DNA of 64,000 nucleotides from Cyanobacteria bacterium P01_D01_bin.156 (GTDB lineage Bacteria > Cyanobacteriota > Cyanobacteriia > Phormidesmidales > Phormidesmidaceae). The notes below the pieces were generated by a model, which saw only the letters and a list, made by a program, of their open reading frames with translations, did no database searches and was not told the DNA's origin. Made by a program: the position numbers and the translations under genes. Below are positions 59,499 to 64,000 of this stretch, piece by piece. The stretch is taken from contig JBCCQQ010000014.1 in the NCBI GenBank assembly GCA_039024555.1, positions 40,065-104,064 on the forward strand. The letters run 5' to 3'. Positions within the stretch are counted from its first letter, which is position 1. Each line of letters begins with the position of its first letter.

Positions 59499-60413
59499 CT
59501 AGTAGCGATAATAACCACCCTTACCTTGCTTCTCCTGGATTTCTCCCAAGATTTCTCTTGCCATCGTCTTGAACTCCTTGGGATAACGAGGCATTGGAAC
59601 TTTAACAGGTTTCACCTTAGATGCATCTGGAATAGGCTTAAGGGGAGGAATTTCTCCAGGGCCATTTTGCAGCAAAACAGGCTTTAAATCTGCAGTAGCT
59701 GCATCAGCAAACTTAGACTTATCACTGCTGCAAGCTGCTCCAAACAGGGAGAATGAGCGGGTGAACCCGACTGAAGTCTGACCAACTTGAGTGCTGTAGC
59801 CGCGCACATAAGGAACCTGCATCGTTCCGAACGTACGAAAATACTCATCGCTATCAAGGTAGGAGTCAATCTCTGCCTCGAATCCTTGTTCGGATAAAAT
59901 TTTCAAATGCTGAGCCACTTCGGCATAACCGTCAGGAGCACGGCCTAGCAAGTGCTTAAAGTTAAGTTCAACTGCAGTGGCATTAGGGCACTTCTCAAAG
60001 AAAAGCATTCTGTAACGGTCAGACTTCGCTAATTTGCGAACAAATTCAAGAACGCTAATCTCACCGCTGCGAACTTGAGATTCAGCTTCCCTGGACCGCT
60101 CGCTTTCCATTAAGTAAGCATTACCAAAAACCTGTTTGTAGGCCGCTGCAATGACTAGGTCGGCATTCTCAACGGATGTCGCATCGTTGGTAAATTCTGC
60201 GATCGCACTACCAGCGACCGCAGCCATGTATTTTGCTGGCAGGCTTTTTGGCTGATCGCTTGGGGTGATAGGAGTGGCAGCCGCTGCTTGATTATTTTCA
60301 GTAAGCTTGGGAGCAGAAACAGGCTTCGGTTCAGGAGCTTTTGGCTGACTTGATTTTTTTCCATCAAGGAATGGCAGCTTTAGGTCTAAGACACCAGACA
60401 AACTTTTAAGCAT
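59499..60413 (-). CDS. Phycobilisome linker polypeptide (one linker domain, N-terminal P/A/K-rich extension)
   Basis: 'AAYKQVFGNAYLMESER..EAESQ..SG.ISVLEFVR.LAKSD.Y...ELNFKHLLGRAP...IDSYLDSDEY...FG...VPY.RGY'. Confidence 0.9.
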   Translation of the reverse strand: MLKSLSGVLDLKLPFLDGKKSSQPKAPEPKPVSAPKLTENNQAAAATPITPSDQPKSLPAKYMAAVAGSAIAEFTNDATSVENADLVIAAAYKQVFGNAYLMESERSREAESQVRSGEISVLEFVRKLAKSDRYRMLFFEKCPNATAVELNFKHLLGRAPDGYAEVAQHLKILSEQGFEAEIDSYLDSDEYFRTFGTMQVPYVRGYSTQVGQTSVGFTRSFSLFGAACSSDKSKFADAATADLKPVLLQNGPGEIPPLKPIPDASKVKPVKVPMPRYPKEFKTMAREILGEIQEKQGKGGYYRY

Positions 60414-61237
60414 TTCCTAAGCCCTAAGAAAAACATTTTTACAGCTTTACCAATTCAATAATTGCAGAAGGTCCGACTATTATTAAAATATGGCTTTACA
60501 ATTCTTATCCCTTCAACAATTTGAGTGCGAAACCCAAACAGGACAGAGGATACAGGGATAATCCTATCAGCGGGGATGCCTCCCGTCAATGAATCGTAAA
60601 TACAGCAAAAGGGGCCTCTTGCAACCGGGTCTAGACCTAACACTCTAAGTGTAGAAAGTCCTACCTACAATGCTTTTCACTAGTTTTACACTAACAGGTA
60701 TTAATCGACTTCATTAACATCTGGAGTCCATACGCCCACTCAAAGGGCAGCAGCTGAACATGTCTAAGCTTAAAAAAGTTGCAAAACGCAAACTTTACCC
60801 AAGACATTCTAGCCATCGACCCAGTTAGTCAACGCTATTTCCCTATCCGTTAGGGCGAAGAGTAACCACCACACAAAGATTGTTTAAGAAAAACATAAAA
60901 CATTAGAAAACCCATCAGGAGAAGGACAACACTGTCACAACTTCAAATTGAGTACTTCAAATAAGCGCCAACTCTCAGCCAACTTCTTAAGGCGATTTAC
61001 TAGACACATCCTTTTGTCAAGCTTGGTTAGTGGCGGCAACTTCAAGAAGTTAGCCAGAAACTAGCGACAGGTGGGTTTAAGCTTCTTAACAGAACAATTT
61101 ATTTGCAATTTTGCTGATGCCATTGTTATGGCAGCAAGTTTTGTTAGCACCTCAAATAAAATTGTTGCGACCTTCTTTAAGAATAGGTGTTAGACCTCAG
61201 CAAGAGACTAATGAGCGCATAGATCAGCTATTTCGAA

Positions 61238-61328
61238 GGCATTGCCGATTCTCGAGATGATTTTAGTTTTCCAATATTGCACTTTGAAAAGTCGTACAAA
61301 TCGTTTCATTCCGTAGAGCAGCAACGAC
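61238..61328. repeat. ~90-bp MITE-like dispersed repeat, copy 4 (diverged)
   Basis: GGCATTGCCGATTCTCG..ATGATTTTAGTTTTCC...AATCGTTTCATTCCGTAGAGCAGCAACGAC. Confidence 0.6.
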
Positions 61329-61595
61329 ATTTCAAGATTTTCAAGAGGTCGTTCACAAAACAAATTGACAAACTCGACCCAAAATATTGATTTTTATTAC
61401 ATCTATCAACTCCGCTAGCCTAGCCTATCCTCCCAGAACAGGGCTTTCTGAGAGATATGCAACATACCGCAATCAAATAAGTAAATATACTTATCACTTT
61501 TTCGATTGTGATCCGAGATTTATTTAGTATGGCCATGGTTGGATAAATCAATTCAAAAAAACAGATCCATTTACTAAAATCAATACTGAAAAAAG

Positions 61596-62315
61596 ATGCA
61601 GACACTAGCCACTGATAACCAGTTCATCCCCACAACTCAAAATGGTTACTACTCCCTAGAGAATGTTGAGTCAGGTTACGCTGATGCACTATCTGCAATG
61701 GATAAGCGTGATTGTTTGCAGGCTACTTATCGTGCCATCTTCAAAGACAATCGCAATATTGATTTTCACCACAACGAGGCGCTTGATTCTGCCTATCTCA
61801 ATAACGAGATCACCACACAGGACCTGGTACGAGAGCTAATTTGCTCCGATATGTTTGTCAACTTTATTTTGTCAACCAATAGTAACTATCGATTTGTACA
61901 GCTATGCTTTGAGAGAGTTTTGGGCCGTCCTGCGATCCAAGCAGAAGTCTTCAAGTGGAGCTCTCTACTAGCATCTGAGGGCATTGTATCTTTTGCGGAA
62001 AAACTCACTAGCAGCGATGAATATGTTGCGGCTTTCGGGTTACACAAAGTCCCCCATCGTCGCTCGATTAAACTGTTTTCCAGCAACCAAAATATGCCCG
62101 CACTTCCCAAGGAGTTGAGCATCAAGCGCTATCAAGGGGAAGGTAATGAGACCCAGTATTACTTCTGGGGTGCAACCAATCCTCTTTGGGAAGGCAATAT
62201 GCCTCCAGCTATCATTCGCAAGATTGGTGCTGTAGCGACAGTAGCAGGTGCTATCGAAGTAAGTCGGATAGTCCTGACTGTTGCAGTGCAGGCTATTACT
62301 GGTGGTCACCTGTAA
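61596..62315 (+). CDS. cpcL: CpcL/CpcG2-type rod-membrane linker
   Basis: CpcG-like domain ('NSNYRFVQLCFERVLGR', 'S.EY...FG...VP.RR') with a hydrophobic C-terminal tail 'IGAVATVAGAIEVSRIVLTVAVQAI'. Confidence 0.7.
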   Translation: MQTLATDNQFIPTTQNGYYSLENVESGYADALSAMDKRDCLQATYRAIFKDNRNIDFHHNEALDSAYLNNEITTQDLVRELICSDMFVNFILSTNSNYRFVQLCFERVLGRPAIQAEVFKWSSLLASEGIVSFAEKLTSSDEYVAAFGLHKVPHRRSIKLFSSNQNMPALPKELSIKRYQGEGNETQYYFWGATNPLWEGNMPPAIIRKIGAVATVAGAIEVSRIVLTVAVQAITGGHL

Positions 62316-62359
62316 ACCGTAGATATCATCTACAGCAACAACATAGCCTAAAATGTTTC

Positions 62360-62392
62360 CAAAGTTCCCCAGTTATGGGGAACTTTGTTTTT
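62360..62392 (+). terminator. Intrinsic terminator after cpcL
   Basis: Stem CAAAGTTCCCCA/TGGGGAACTTTG followed by TTTTT. Confidence 0.75.
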
Positions 62393-62856
62393 ATTGAAAA
62401 CTGATGAATAAATTCATAGCTTGAGCCTCACATAGCTGTTGCTATCCAAAGCCTTTATCGATCCCCTATGGCTTGAGCTATGTGCACTTCGCTATATTTT
62501 TAATTTCAACAATTGGGAGATAAATAACGATGCTCTACAACATCCAGATCTGAAGTACGGTGTTTTTCTGAACAGCATACTCATGCAATACAAAACCACT
62601 GCTGATCTTCAAACCTGTATCAATTAGTGATTGGTAGAGCCAGTTATTAGAACTTCTCAAGTAAATTTATTCTGCGAATCACATGGGCATATAGACAACT
62701 AAAAGAGATTTAATTCAGTTGCTTTATTAAAAAACAAGAGATACTAATCCTGAACGGCAACTTCGCTTTGTTTGTACTCAGTTGCCAAAGCTCTTCTCTG
62801 TGATCCGTGACCAATGCTTCGAACTTGACCTATGGGCATAATGACAACAAAAAGCA

Positions 62857-62886
62857 AACCTGGAGATTCATGAGAATCTCCAGGTT
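62857..62886 (-). terminator. cpeBA terminator
   Basis: AACCTGGAGATTC-ATGA-GAATCTCCAGGTT, followed by TGCTTTTT on the minus strand. Confidence 0.75.
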
Positions 62887-62923
62887 ATGACTGACTAAGT
62901 CAAGCCTTTAATCGAGTAATCAG

Positions 62924-63523
<600 letters not shown>

Positions 63524-63556
63524 TCAGAGCAATCCCGCTAGGGTGTCAGTAGATGA

Positions 63557-64000
<444 letters not shown>

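Larger units (their letters stand above)
2376..60206. repeat. Dispersed HIP1 octamers (GCGATCGC)
   Basis: More than 20 copies seen by eye (e.g. 2376, 4294, 60199); none seen in the NACHT gene. Confidence 0.9.

Noticed and set aside
61490..61535. CcaR G-box upstream of cpcL
   Set aside because: Only a loose resemblance (CTTTTTCGATT...GAGATTT); the direct-repeat spacing is not convincing.

Overview
Chromosomal window from a cyanobacterium: many HIP1 GCGATCGC octamers, phycoerythrin cpeBA, phycobilisome linkers and nblB. Gene content suggests a filamentous, phycoerythrin-rich Leptolyngbya-like strain (inference). It holds about 47 CDS, mostly housekeeping or accessory: the C-terminal part of a NACHT NTPase, a TIR-domain membrane protein, an AGCS symporter, panE, an RND pump with PadR, an imelysin/di-heme pair, pirin/LysR, two hydroxylases plus a GH3 ligase, a TpsA/TpsB pair, NitT/TauT ABC genes with codA, nblB, GH57, a KirBac channel, a PatA-type regulator, ppk1, gyrA, an HDAC-family protein, glgP and a phycoerythrin/linker/cpcL cluster. 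No rRNA, tRNA, CRISPR array or transposase was seen. Most notable: (i) a TIR-TM-sensor-TM protein convergent on a NACHT gene; (ii) a glutamine (glnA-type) riboswitch upstream of an unannotated 41-aa membrane peptide; (iii) a secreted peptide whose mature part is only E/D/I/V/Y/F; (iv) an orphan pentein (deiminase-like) enzyme; (v) a GH3 ligase beside two hydroxylases, possibly an aminolipid module; (vi) four copies of a ~90-bp MITE-like repeat, a perfect 44-bp palindrome, and a 21-bp tandem repeat of the cpeA stop region. All calls come from visual motif recognition; no database searches were run.
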